From assembly GCA_046726415.1 (NCBI GenBank), contig JBKPAK010000096.1, positions 27,523 through 91,522 of the forward strand: DNA of 64,000 nucleotides, read 5' to 3'. Positions within the stretch are counted from its first letter, which is position 1. Each line of letters opens with the position of its first letter. This DNA is from Candidatus Methylomirabilota bacterium. GTDB taxonomy: Bacteria; Methylomirabilota; Methylomirabilia; Rokubacteriales; CSP1-6. This document shows, in pieces, positions 28,651 to 38,399 of the stretch. A program made the position numbers and the translations under genes. The notes under the pieces were generated by a model. The model saw only the letters and a list, made by a program, of their open reading frames with translations. It searched no databases and had not been told where the DNA came from.

Positions 28651-29988
28651 ATGCGCGAGGATCTGCTCGCCGAGGTCCTCCGTCGAGCGCGTGCGCGAGG
28701 GGCCACCGCCGCCGATGGGTACTTGATCGAGGAGCGGCACTTCAGCGCGTCGGTGCGTCTGGGCGAAGTCGAGACGGTGACTCACGCGCGAGATCAGCGC
28801 CTGTCCCTGCGGGTCTTCGTGGGGCTCGCCTCGGCCGCCTCATCGACGTCCGATCTGTCGCCCCAGTCGCTCGAACGCGTGGTGGACGAGGCCACGGCGC
28901 TGGCCAAGATCACCGCCGAGGACCCCCACGCGGGTCTGCCCGATCCAGCCGAACTGATCGAGCACGTGCCGGATCTCGACTTGGAGGATGTGGCCGGGGA
29001 CTCCACGAGCCCAGAGGACAAGATCGCCATCGCCCGGGAGGCCGAGGCGGCCGCTCTCGCAAGCGATCCACGCATCACGAACTCGGAGGGGGCCGAGTAT
29101 GGCGACCGCCGCGCGCGCTTCGCCTACGCCACCTCGCACGGATTCGCCCGCGCGTACGCCACCTCCAGCTTCACCATCAGTGTGGCGCCGGTGGCGGCGG
29201 CCAACGGCGAGATGCAGCGCGACTACTGGTGGTCCACCGCGCGCAAGCGCGCCTGCCTCGAAGATCCGGCTTCGGTCGGGCGCACCGCGGCCGCGCGCGC
29301 CGTGCGGCGTCTCGGGTCGCGGAAGATCAGCACCACCGAAGTCCCCGTCATCTTCGACCCCGAGAATGCCGCCAGCCTGATCCGAGCACTGGCCGGCGCG
29401 GCCAGTGGACCGAGCCTCTATCGACGCGCCTCCTTTCTCCTCGATCGGCTGGGGACCACGATCGCGGCACCGCGAGTCACCGTCGTCGACGACGGCCTCA
29501 TCCCTGGCGCCCTCGGTTCGCGGCCATTCGACGGCGAAGGACTGGCCACCCGCCGAACGGTGCTGGTGCGGGAGGGAGTGCTGGAGTCCTACCTGCTCGA
29601 CAGTTACAGCGCGCGCAAGCTCGGGCTGACGTCGACGCACCACGCCGTCCGCGACGGCAGCGGCGTCACCGTGGCCACGACGAACCTCATGCTGCTGGCG
29701 GGACCGTCCACGCCGGCCGAGTTGATCGCCTCGGTGAAGCGCGGCCTGTACGTGACGGAGCTGATCGGCTTCGGCGTCAATGCCGTGACGGGCGACTACT
29801 CGCGCGGCGCGGTCGGTCTCTGGATCGAGAACGGCGAGTTGACCCATCCGGTCGAGGAAGTAACCGTGGCCGGCAACCTGCTGGAGATGTTCACGCGGAT
29901 CGAAGGCATTGGCAACGACCTGACCCTGCGTGACCGCACCGCCGCGCCGACGGTCCTCATCGGGCGCATGGTGGTGGCCGGGAACTGA
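28651..29988 (+). CDS. pmbA: TldE/PmbA protein
   Basis: Follows tldD; motifs ITNSEGA, MQRDYW, FDGEG and TGDYSRG; no HExxH. Confidence 0.92.
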   Translation: MREDLLAEVLRRARARGATAADGYLIEERHFSASVRLGEVETVTHARDQRLSLRVFVGLASAASSTSDLSPQSLERVVDEATALAKITAEDPHAGLPDPAELIEHVPDLDLEDVAGDSTSPEDKIAIAREAEAAALASDPRITNSEGAEYGDRRARFAYATSHGFARAYATSSFTISVAPVAAANGEMQRDYWWSTARKRACLEDPASVGRTAAARAVRRLGSRKISTTEVPVIFDPENAASLIRALAGAASGPSLYRRASFLLDRLGTTIAAPRVTVVDDGLIPGALGSRPFDGEGLATRRTVLVREGVLESYLLDSYSARKLGLTSTHHAVRDGSGVTVATTNLMLLAGPSTPAELIASVKRGLYVTELIGFGVNAVTGDYSRGAVGLWIENGELTHPVEEVTVAGNLLEMFTRIEGIGNDLTLRDRTAAPTVLIGRMVVAGN

Positions 29989-30002
29989 ATCGGGAGCCGC
30001 GC

Positions 30003-30788
30003 ATGCTCATCGATAGCCATTGTCACCTGCACGCCGCTGCCTATCCCGACGCCCGCGAGGCGGTCCGCGTCGCGCTGACATATAACGTCTGGGGCATCGT
30101 GGCCGTGGGGTGCGATCCCGCCACTAACGACAAGACCCTGAGGGCGGCGAGAGCCATGCCCAAGGCGATCTGGGCGTGCCTGGGGTTCCATCCGGACTGG
30201 AATCAGCTCACCGACCACGATCTGGATCGAGTGGAGGCGCAGGTGCGCGAGCACCGCGGGCATGTCGTCGCTCTCGGCGAAATCGGCTTGCCATGGTACT
30301 CGCTTGAGGGCGATGCCGATGCGACCACGCGGATGGCCAAGGGGCGTACCCATCTCAACCGCCTCCTGGGCATCGCTGCCGACTGGGATCTCCCGGTCGT
30401 TCTCCACGCGCCGCACGCCGCCGCCGCAGACGCGTTGGAAGCGCTGAAGCGGCACCGGATCGAGCACGCCGTGTTCCACTGGCACAAGGCCCCCGAGGGC
30501 GTCACCCGCGCCATCGTGGAGGCTGGCTACTTCGTATCGGTGACGCCGGAGGTCGTGTACCGCGAGCGCGATCGCCTCATGGTCGACGCCGTGCCTCTGG
30601 ACTCACTCGTGGTGGAGAGCGACGGCCCCTGGGCCTACCAGGGAGAGTTCGAGGGGCTGCCGTCGGGACCGTGGCTGGTCAGCCGGGTGGCGGAAGAGAT
30701 CGCCAAGCTGAAGCGGTTGCCGGTCGACGACGTCATGTTTCGCCTCTCGGAGAACACCTGCCAGCTCTTCGGTCTGCCCTGGGTCTGA
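30003..30788 (+). CDS. TatD-family hydrolase
   Basis: IDSHCH, GFHP, GEIGL, VLH, FHW and ESDGP. Confidence 0.9.
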   Translation: MLIDSHCHLHAAAYPDAREAVRVALTYNVWGIVAVGCDPATNDKTLRAARAMPKAIWACLGFHPDWNQLTDHDLDRVEAQVREHRGHVVALGEIGLPWYSLEGDADATTRMAKGRTHLNRLLGIAADWDLPVVLHAPHAAAADALEALKRHRIEHAVFHWHKAPEGVTRAIVEAGYFVSVTPEVVYRERDRLMVDAVPLDSLVVESDGPWAYQGEFEGLPSGPWLVSRVAEEIAKLKRLPVDDVMFRLSENTCQLFGLPWV

Positions 30789-30824
30789 GCGGGCGCCACG
30801 CGTTCGGCCTGCCCTGGGTCTGAG
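30768..30824. repeat. 22-bp duplication of the tatD 3' end including the stop (30768-30789 / 30803-30824)
   Basis: TTCGGTCTGCCCTGGGTCTGAG versus TTCGGCCTGCCCTGGGTCTGAG, 21/22 identical. Confidence 0.85.
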
Positions 30825-30965
30825 GAGCGCAATGCCGTTTGGATTCCGGCCGCGCCCGCCCGCTGACCCCGCACCTTCGGGCCGACGCATCCTTCGGTCG
30901 GAGTGCCGAACTCCTCAGTGCCGGTGCTGCCCTGGCGGTTGAAAGCGGTGGCCGCCACACTCCAC

Positions 30966-31766
30966 TCAGCTGACGGCGCCTGCCGCCGCGGCAATCGCGA
31001 TGACCCCGGCCAGGGCTAGGCGATAGATCACGAACGGCAGCAGTGACCGGGTGCGCAGGTAGTTCACCAGGAACCACACCGCGCACCAACCGCTGGCGAA
31101 GGCCACCAGCACCGCCACCAGCAGCGGCCCTCCGTCGCCGGGTGCCACGCCCTGGCGCAGGAGCTGGAGCATCTTGAATCCTCCGGCGGCAGCGGTGATC
31201 GGAATGCTGAGCAGGAACGCGTAGCGGGCGGCGGTGGTCCGGTCGAGCCCCGTGAAGAGCCCGGTGGTGATGGTGATTCCCGAGCGCGAGGTGCCGGGAA
31301 TCAACGCCAGAGCCTGGGCGCAGCCGATGGTGAATCCCTGCATCCACGCGAGCCGCTCGAGCGGCTCGCCACCCGCCGGTGGCGCCGCCCGCGCTCGTCG
31401 GTCGGCCGCCCCCATGACGATTCCCCAGCCCGCCGTGGTGATGGCGATCACCAAGGCTGAACGCACGTGCGTCTCGATCCACTTCCCGAATAACAGTCCG
31501 GCCAGGCCGGCGGGAACCGTGGTGACCGCGATCATCAGGGCCAACCGCCGCGACAGCGTGCCGGCCAGCAGCGCCCGCAGCTCACCTCGGAAGTAGGCGA
31601 GCAGCGCGGCCAAGGTACCCAGGTGGGTGACGGCGTCGAACGCGAGGCCCTGGTCGGGCCAGCCGAAGACCAGCGGGACCAGGATCAGGTGACCTGAGGA
31701 AGAGACCGGGAGAAACTCCGTCAGACCCTGGACCAGCCCCAGGACGATGCTCTGGCGGTAGCTCAC
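30966..31766 (-). CDS. uppP: Undecaprenyl-diphosphate phosphatase
   Basis: QGLTEFLPVSSSGH, PGTSRSG and FVIYR. Confidence 0.95.
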   Translation of the reverse strand: MSYRQSIVLGLVQGLTEFLPVSSSGHLILVPLVFGWPDQGLAFDAVTHLGTLAALLAYFRGELRALLAGTLSRRLALMIAVTTVPAGLAGLLFGKWIETHVRSALVIAITTAGWGIVMGAADRRARAAPPAGGEPLERLAWMQGFTIGCAQALALIPGTSRSGITITTGLFTGLDRTTAARYAFLLSIPITAAAGGFKMLQLLRQGVAPGDGGPLLVAVLVAFASGWCAVWFLVNYLRTRSLLPFVIYRLALAGVIAIAAAAGAVS

Positions 31767-32596
31767 CCGACGATGTCCTCGCCGCCGTCCACGCCGATGA
31801 TGTTTCCGGTCATCCAGGCGGTGTCCGGGTGGGCGAGAACGACGAGAGCACGGGCGACGTCAGCGGGCTTGGTCATGCGCCCCTGAGGGTTGCGGCGCTG
31901 CGCTTGGGCGGCAATCGACTCGTACCCGGGAATCTTCTGGGCGGCGGGGGTGGCGGTGACGCCCGCGCGAATGGCGTTGGCGGTGATCCCGAGCGGAGCC
32001 AGTTCGGCGGCGAGCTGTCGGACATGCGACTCCAGGGCCGCTTTGGCCGCTGACACCGGGCCGTAGTGGGGAAGGACCCGCGCGCCTCCGGAAGACGTCA
32101 TGGCATACACCCGCCCGCCGCGCGTCATGAGCCCGCGGGCCACCAACTCCTGGGTCCAGTAGACGAGGCTGTGCGCCATCACGTCGAGGGTCATGTCCAT
32201 CTGCGCCGCGTTGACTGCATCCTTCATGGGATCGGCGATGTAGAGCTTGAGGGTCCCAAAGGCCAGGGAGTGAAGAAGGACGCGAACGCGTCCTCGCTCA
32301 CCGCGTTCCTCGAGAACGCGGTCCATGGCGGCCACCGCCTCGGCGCGCTTGTCGGCGTCGGCCGCATTGATGTTGAAGAAGACCGCCTGGCGCCCGAGGT
32401 CGCGAATTTCGGCGGCGATGCGTTCGGCATTGGGGAGCGTGGCTTTGCGATCGAGGTGAACGCCGAAGATGTGGAGGCCGGCTCGCGCCAGGGCCACGCT
32501 GGCCGCCTCACCGAAACCCGAGGAGGCGCCCAGGATCAGCGCCCAACCCCTCAGGCAGATGGGGTCGCTCCAGTCAGCGGTGAGGTCGTCAGTCAC
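31763..32596 (-). CDS. SDR oxidoreductase, enoyl-ACP reductase (FabL/FabI-like)
   Basis: ILGASSGFG, HSLAFG, YGPVSAAKAALE (Yx6K) and NAIRAG; GTG start inferred. Confidence 0.8.
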   Translation of the reverse strand: MTDDLTADWSDPICLRGWALILGASSGFGEAASVALARAGLHIFGVHLDRKATLPNAERIAAEIRDLGRQAVFFNINAADADKRAEAVAAMDRVLEERGERGRVRVLLHSLAFGTLKLYIADPMKDAVNAAQMDMTLDVMAHSLVYWTQELVARGLMTRGGRVYAMTSSGGARVLPHYGPVSAAKAALESHVRQLAAELAPLGITANAIRAGVTATPAAQKIPGYESIAAQAQRRNPQGRMTKPADVARALVVLAHPDTAWMTGNIIGVDGGEDIVG

Positions 32597-32668
32597 GGGA
32601 CGGCATTCTAGCATCGGCCAGGGCGAGACCGCCGCGCCGGCCCTGAAGCTGATAGAATTCGGGAAGCG

Positions 32669-33397
32669 ATGCCGCAGCTCGCGGGAATCATCCTTGTCGG
32701 CAATGAGATCCTCTCCGGCAAGGTTACCGACGTCAACGCCGCCTACCTCTGTCGCGAGTTGCGCGGTCTCGGGGTCGACGTGCGACGCATCAGCGTGATC
32801 CCGGACGACGTGGACGAGATCGCCCGCGAGGTGGCGGCCTTCAGCGGCGCCTTCGATGTGGTCTTTACCTCGGGGGGTGTCGGTCCGACCCATGACGATG
32901 TGACCATCGAGGGCGTGGCCCGCGCCATGGGCGTTCGCGTGACGCGCCATCCGGCCTTGGTGGCCATGCTGGGGCGCTACTACCAAGGCGTGCTGGCCGA
33001 GCCTCACCTCAAGATGGCGGAAGTCCCCGAGGGTGCCGAGTTGTTGGCCGATGGGAACGTGCGGTTCCCAACCATCCTCATGCGCAACGTGTACGTCCTG
33101 CCCGGGGTACCCGAGATTTTCCGCCAGAAGTTCGAGGCCTTGCGCGACCGCTTTCGCGATCAGCCGTTTCATCTGCGCCAGGTCTTCGTGCGCGTCGGCG
33201 AGGGTACCTTGGCGCCGTACCTGAACGATCTCCTGGTGGCCTTCCCGTCTCTGCTGCTGGGATCCTATCCCGAGTTTTCGAATCCGGAATACCGGGTCAA
33301 GGTCACCCTGGAGTCGCGTGATCCCACCTATCTGGAGGGCGCGCTGGCCGTGCTGCTCGAGCGCCTGCCGGAGAACGCCATCGTCCGCGTCGGCTAA
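32669..33397 (+). CDS. CinA-like molybdopterin-binding-domain protein (competence/damage-inducible family)
   Basis: VGNEILSG, TSGGVGPTHDD, LPGVP and GSYP. Confidence 0.88.
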   Translation: MPQLAGIILVGNEILSGKVTDVNAAYLCRELRGLGVDVRRISVIPDDVDEIAREVAAFSGAFDVVFTSGGVGPTHDDVTIEGVARAMGVRVTRHPALVAMLGRYYQGVLAEPHLKMAEVPEGAELLADGNVRFPTILMRNVYVLPGVPEIFRQKFEALRDRFRDQPFHLRQVFVRVGEGTLAPYLNDLLVAFPSLLLGSYPEFSNPEYRVKVTLESRDPTYLEGALAVLLERLPENAIVRVG

Positions 33398-33442
33398 GGA
33401 CATGAGAGGCCCGAGATCGCCGCACGCCCTTTCCGCGGCCGG

Positions 33443-33844
33443 CTATTCCGGCCGAGGAGCGAGGATGTGAGAGGCATGGTGCAGGATGAGCCGCCATCCG
33501 CCGGCGCGCTGCTCGAACGCATTGGTGGCGAGCACCGAGGTCACGGCAATGCGCCCGGCCACGCCCGACAGGATGTTCTCCCGGCAGGTCACCACGGCGA
33601 GGTCGGGCGTGGCCACCACCCGTACGTCGGAGATGGTGAAGCGCATCTCCTCGGTGCTGGCGAAGATCGCACCCCAGGAGTCGCGCACGGCCGCCCAGCC
33701 CTGCAACAGCGGCCAGCCCGGATGCACGCAGGTGACGTGCTCGCCGTGCGCCCACACCGCGTCCATCAGGTCGAGGTCGAGCGCCTCGAACGCTCGGTAG
33801 AACCGGGCATTAGCCGCCTCCACCTCGCGGGGGAGATCACTCAC
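33443..33844 (-). CDS. SnoaL/NTF2-like protein
   Basis: ANARFYRAF, CVHPGW, ATNAF and WRLILHHAS. Confidence 0.85.
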   Translation of the reverse strand: MSDLPREVEAANARFYRAFEALDLDLMDAVWAHGEHVTCVHPGWPLLQGWAAVRDSWGAIFASTEEMRFTISDVRVVATPDLAVVTCRENILSGVAGRIAVTSVLATNAFEQRAGGWRLILHHASHILAPRPE

Positions 33845-33983
33845 CGATGAAGCGTTGGCGCACCGCCCGCGGCGAGGACGTCGTTTGCGTCGGGCCGCGG
33901 GACGTCACCGCGCGGGGGGAGCTGATGTCCGTCAGCGCGCAGCGCCACTGGTCCGCCACGACGCGAATGGTACCATCCGGATC

Positions 33984-34922
33984 ATGTTGGCCATCGAGAT
34001 CCGCGACGTGGTCAAGACCTTTCGCATGGGTTGGCTGGGGCGCCGGGCCACCCCTGCCCTGCGGGGTGTTTCCCTTGACGTGCAACGCGGAAGCATCTTC
34101 GGGCTGCTCGGGCCGAACGGCGCCGGGAAGACCACGCTCCTCTCGATCCTCGCCACCCTCCTCGAACCAGACGGAGGCGTGGTGAGGATACTGGGACACG
34201 ACACGCGCCGCGAGGCGGCCCTCGTCCGGCGGCGCCTCAACATGGCCAGCGGCAATGCGTCGTTCGTGTGGAGCATGCGGGTGGGGGAGATCGTCGCGTT
34301 CTACGGACGCCTCTACGGCCTTACCGGCGCCGTGCTGCGCACGCGCGTGGACTCGCTCCTGGAATTGTGCGAGCTGGCCACCTACCGTCACGTCGCTTAC
34401 CATGAGCTGTCCACGGGACTCAAGCAGCGACTGGCTCTGGCCAAGGCCTTGGTGAACGAGCCGGAGTTGCTGTTCCTGGACGAGCCGACGCTTGGCCTGG
34501 ATCCCGATGTCTCGGTCCGGATCCGCGGGCGCGTCGCCGCGCTGCGGCGGGAGCGGGCCATGACCATCGTGCTCACCACCCACTACATGCGGGAGGCCGA
34601 GGAGCTGTGCGACGAGATCGCCTTCATCAAGCGCGGGCAGATCCTGGCCCGCGGCACGGCCGACGACCTGAAGCGACAGATCCGCATCGGCGACGTCATC
34701 GCGTTCCGTCTCGAGCCCTCGCGGCGCGTTGCCGCGCTCGGGGGCCTGCCCGGAGTGCTGCGCTGTGAGGTGAGCGATGGCTGGCTCACCTGCACCGTGG
34801 ACACGGCGGAGAAGCGGCTGCCCGAACTGCTTCGCCTGTTCCACGAGGAGGGGACGATCGTCCGTGACCTCCAGGTGCGGGAGCCGGAGCTGGAGGAGGT
34901 GTTCGTTGAGCTGGCGCGGTGA
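33984..34922 (+). CDS. ABC-2 type exporter ATP-binding protein
   Basis: GPNGAGKT, LSTGLKQ, LDEPTLGLD and TTHYM. Confidence 0.9.
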   Translation: MLAIEIRDVVKTFRMGWLGRRATPALRGVSLDVQRGSIFGLLGPNGAGKTTLLSILATLLEPDGGVVRILGHDTRREAALVRRRLNMASGNASFVWSMRVGEIVAFYGRLYGLTGAVLRTRVDSLLELCELATYRHVAYHELSTGLKQRLALAKALVNEPELLFLDEPTLGLDPDVSVRIRGRVAALRRERAMTIVLTTHYMREAEELCDEIAFIKRGQILARGTADDLKRQIRIGDVIAFRLEPSRRVAALGGLPGVLRCEVSDGWLTCTVDTAEKRLPELLRLFHEEGTIVRDLQVREPELEEVFVELAR

Positions 34923-35700
34923 GCTGGTGGCCATCTGGGCCTTTGCCCTGCGCAACTTGTTGATGGCCTCGCGGAATATCTTCTTCGTGTTCGAGCTCGC
35001 CTTCTGGCCCGTGGTGGGCGTGCTGTCCATCGGCCTCATGTCCCGCTTCCTCACGTTGAACGAGGCCGAGGCCGCCTTCGTACTCACCGGGACCATCGCG
35101 CTGTCCACCGTGCAGGTCTGTCAGCTCGACGTGGCCTATGCCGTGCTCTTCGACGTGTGGAGCAAGTCCATGAAGCATCAGTTCCTGGCGCCCATCGGGG
35201 TCCGCCACCTCACCACGGGATCGTGGCTCATCGGGGTGCTGCGAGGGATCCTCGTGTTTGCCCTGTTGGCCGGCCTGGCCCACGCCGCGTTCGGCTTCGA
35301 CGCGCTCCGGGGTGGCCCGATGGCCCTGGGCATCTTTCTCCTCGGCTGTTTCCTGACCGCCTGGATCATCGGCGTGGCCGTATGCTCGCTGGTGATACTC
35401 TTCGGAACCCGCGCGGAGACCACGGCCTGGGCGAGCGTCAATTTTGTCCTCGTCCTCGCCGGCATCTACTACCCGGTCTCCGTCCTGCCGGCCCCGATCG
35501 TGCCGGTGTCGGCCGCCATTCCCCTGACGCACTTCCTGGATGCGTACCGCGCACACTTCGGCTTTCCGGCGGCTGACGGCTGGCCGGTGGCCACCGGGCT
35601 CGCCCTGTCTGGAATCTATCTCGGCCTGAGCCACTGGGGTTTCGTGGCCGCCGTCCGCCGTACGCGGCGCTCCGGACTCCTGTTGAGGATGTCGGAGTAG
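34906..35700 (+). CDS. ABC-2 type permease
   Basis: About six hydrophobic segments and GIYYPVSVLP..PLTH; TTG start after GGAGG. Confidence 0.85.
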   Translation: MSWRGELVAIWAFALRNLLMASRNIFFVFELAFWPVVGVLSIGLMSRFLTLNEAEAAFVLTGTIALSTVQVCQLDVAYAVLFDVWSKSMKHQFLAPIGVRHLTTGSWLIGVLRGILVFALLAGLAHAAFGFDALRGGPMALGIFLLGCFLTAWIIGVAVCSLVILFGTRAETTAWASVNFVLVLAGIYYPVSVLPAPIVPVSAAIPLTHFLDAYRAHFGFPAADGWPVATGLALSGIYLGLSHWGFVAAVRRTRRSGLLLRMSE

Positions 35701-35757
35701 GGACGATGGATGGGCTGGCACGCCGTGACTGTCCGAGGATACGTGACGACGGCGAAC

Positions 35758-36201
35758 ATGCCGGACACCGCTCGCGTCGATCCGCACGGCACTTTACGGG
35801 AGGCCTCCGCGCTGACGGACCATCGCCTGCTGCTACTTGTTGAGGACGAGCCCGACGTCGCGGCCTTCCTCCGCGACCTGTTCGAGCTTGACGGCTGGAC
35901 GGTGGAGATCGTTGCCCACGGGCGCGATGCCCTGGCCCGCCTCCGGGAGTGCGAGTATCGCGTCATCGTGAGCGACCTCGTCATGCCGGAGCTCGACGGG
36001 GCCGCTCTGTACCGCGAGGTCGCCCGCTGGCGGCCGGAGCTGCTGCCCCGCTTTATCTTCATCTCGGGCTTCGCGGATACCGAGACGGCCGACTTCATCC
36101 GCCAGACCCGCGCCCCGATGATTTCGAAGCCCTTCCGCTTTGACGAGATCCGGACGGCCATCACGGAAGTCCTGGGATCGGTTCCCCCGGCGATCAGCTG
36201 A
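35758..36201 (+). CDS. Single-domain response regulator
   Basis: LVEDE, SDLVMPELDG, ISG and SKPF; start uncertain. Confidence 0.87.
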   Translation: MPDTARVDPHGTLREASALTDHRLLLLVEDEPDVAAFLRDLFELDGWTVEIVAHGRDALARLRECEYRVIVSDLVMPELDGAALYREVARWRPELLPRFIFISGFADTETADFIRQTRAPMISKPFRFDEIRTAITEVLGSVPPAIS

Positions 36202-36207
36202 GGTCAC

Positions 36208-36921
36208 ATGGACGAGTATCTGTATCGCGAGCTGCTGGAGGGGTCGATCGAGGGAGTGTACATCCTCGATGAGGCGGGCGTGATCCGCACCGTGAACCAG
36301 GCGATGGCCGACCTGTTCGGTTACGGGCCCGGCGAGCTGATCGGCCAGCCGGGCACCATTCTCGTGGCGTCCCCTGAACGAGAGCAACTCTCGCGCTACT
36401 ATGAGGCCCGCTTGCGGGGCGAACACGCGCCGCGCCGGCATGCCTTCGAGGCGGTTCGCAAAGACGGCTCACACTTGTGGATCGAGAGCCTGGTGTCCAT
36501 CATCTCCTGGGAGGGGGGGCCCGCGGTCCTGGCGACCTTCCTCGATGTGACCCAGCGCAGCCGGGCCGAGGAGGCCGAGCGGCGCGCGGAGGCCTTGCGC
36601 TCGGTCGCGCAACTCGCCAGCGCCACCGCGCACGAGATCAACAATCCGCTCGCCGTCATCATGGGCAACTGCGAGCTGCTGGCTCGCGAGGTCGGGCCGC
36701 GCAGTCAGCGGCGCGTGCAGACGATGCTGGCGGCGGTGGAGCGGATTCGAAAGATCGTGCTCCACATGTCCCACATTACGCGTCTGGAAATGACGTACCA
36801 GTCGCCGAATCTTCCCGTCATGCTGGATTTGCAGAAGTCCAGCGGCGCGGCGGGTGGCGGTGACTCAGGCAACCCCGTGGCGCGCCCACGGCCTCGCTTG
36901 GAGAGTGGTCCAGGTGCCTGA
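36208..36921 (+). CDS. PAS + HisKA protein lacking a HATPase domain
   Basis: PAS motifs (VNQA..LFGY, RKDGS, DVT) and H-box AHEINNPL; ends without N/G1/F/G2 boxes. Confidence 0.82.
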   Translation: MDEYLYRELLEGSIEGVYILDEAGVIRTVNQAMADLFGYGPGELIGQPGTILVASPEREQLSRYYEARLRGEHAPRRHAFEAVRKDGSHLWIESLVSIISWEGGPAVLATFLDVTQRSRAEEAERRAEALRSVAQLASATAHEINNPLAVIMGNCELLAREVGPRSQRRVQTMLAAVERIRKIVLHMSHITRLEMTYQSPNLPVMLDLQKSSGAAGGGDSGNPVARPRPRLESGPGA

Positions 36922-36941
36922 GATCGTCATGGGCCTGGCGA

Positions 36942-37503
36942 TCAGCGATCGAGGAATTTCTTCACGCTGAGGGCGATGCCTGAGCGGATCGAGGCCGTGT
37001 TTCGCATGGAGACCGCGGGGATCGCCTGACTCGCCGAAGCCGGTGATCGCCAAACGCTTGAGGGCAGCCGGGTTCGCCGAGCACCTCGGCCACCGCGCGG
37101 CCCGGATCTCCTGAGATCGAATGGTCCTCCACCGTCACCACACGCCCGGTCCGGCCCGCGCAGCGAAGCAGCATCTCTTCGTCGAGCGGTGGCGCACGCC
37201 GTCGAGCCCGTTGGCCCGCTCTCGCTTCGTCTCCAACTCGTCGGCGGGCTGGATGATCGAAATGTTCGGCAAGGCCCGCAAGCCGGCCATGCCTCTAAGC
37301 CCATCTGGCTGTACCCATCCTCGCCGATGGCGATGCCCGCGTGCGACCCGACGATCCGCTCGTCTCCCACCCCCAGCTCGAGGAGAGCTTCTCCCAATGC
37401 GCTCGCCTGGCGGCGTCCCGCCTCAAATGGGCGTCCCAGTCGGCCTCCGCCACGCCGAGGATCTCGCGGGCGTTCTCCATGAACGACACCCCTTTGCCCT
37501 TGA
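36942..37503 (-). pseudogene. Relic of split transketolase genes (end of N-subunit plus fragments of C-subunit)
   Basis: KGKGVSFMEN, GEALLELG, SHAGIAIGEDGYSQMGLE, VVTVEDHS and FGESG blocks occur in different frames with long gaps missing. Confidence 0.8.
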
Positions 37504-38392
37504 GGCGGCCGAGCCGTCCGAGGAAGGGGGTATTCGATGCGTAGAAGGCTCCCGATCGGCAGGCCGGGGCCAAGAGAGTGTTGACCAGGTCGGCCACCGG
37601 CTGTGGCCCCAGGATCACGGTATAGTCGCCGGTCGGCACCCGCTCGCCCTCAATGCCGCCGATGGCGCTCAAGGCCGCTTCGACGCCCGCCTCGTCCGTG
37701 AAGTGATCGAGTCGCGTTCCCACGGAGCACGCCGAGCCCTTGGCGTCGCGCGCTTCGACCATGGCGGTGGTGAAGGCAGACATGAGAGTCGACTCGTCGG
37801 TCTGGACGGCGGGCAGACCAGTCGAGATGACAGCCATGCGCTCCTGGAGGATTCGGACATCGCCCCCGAGAATGAGACCCAGGCGAACCAGCCCCTCCTC
37901 GCTGCCGGCCAACTCCGCCAGTCGGGCCGATGTCAGGAATGTCCTCAGCGCCCCGCGAACGATCGTCCACCCCGCATCGACCAGCCGCTCGTCAGAGAGG
38001 CTCATGAGGGCGCGGTCGTGGTATGCGCTGAGGGTTCGAGTCTCGCCAGTCGGTCGGGGGAGCGAGACGAACTGGGGATCGGCGACAGCCGCCATGCGCG
38101 CCCGGGCGAGCGCTCGGCGGGCCGCCTCCACTCCGAGGTCGCCGGCCGCGCTCCCGAACCCGAGGCGCGGCCCGTCGCCATGATCGAACAGTGCTTGAAG
38201 TCCCAGTCCATGGCCCACTGTGGACTTCGGTTCCTCCACACCGTTGCAGGGGACGTGCGAGGTGTAACAGAGACGGCTCAACAAGTGGCCGTTGGCGGAG
38301 GCGAATACTTCTACCTCGCGCACATCCGGAGCGGCCCGCGCGAGATCGAATGCCGTCTGCGCGGCCTGCGCCAACGCACTCACCGAGACCAT
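37504..38392 (-). pseudogene. TldE/PmbA-like gene, 3'-truncated and fused in frame to the transketolase relic
   Basis: EVEVFAS, LGFGS, PTGDYTVILGPQPVADL and TPFLGRLG, then an abrupt switch to KGKGVSFMEN. Confidence 0.72.
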
Positions 38393-38399
38393 ATCGGCG

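Noticed and set aside
27203-30788. TldD/E as part of a RiPP biosynthetic cluster
   Set aside because: No precursor peptide, YcaO or other modifying enzyme is nearby; it looks like the ordinary housekeeping pair.
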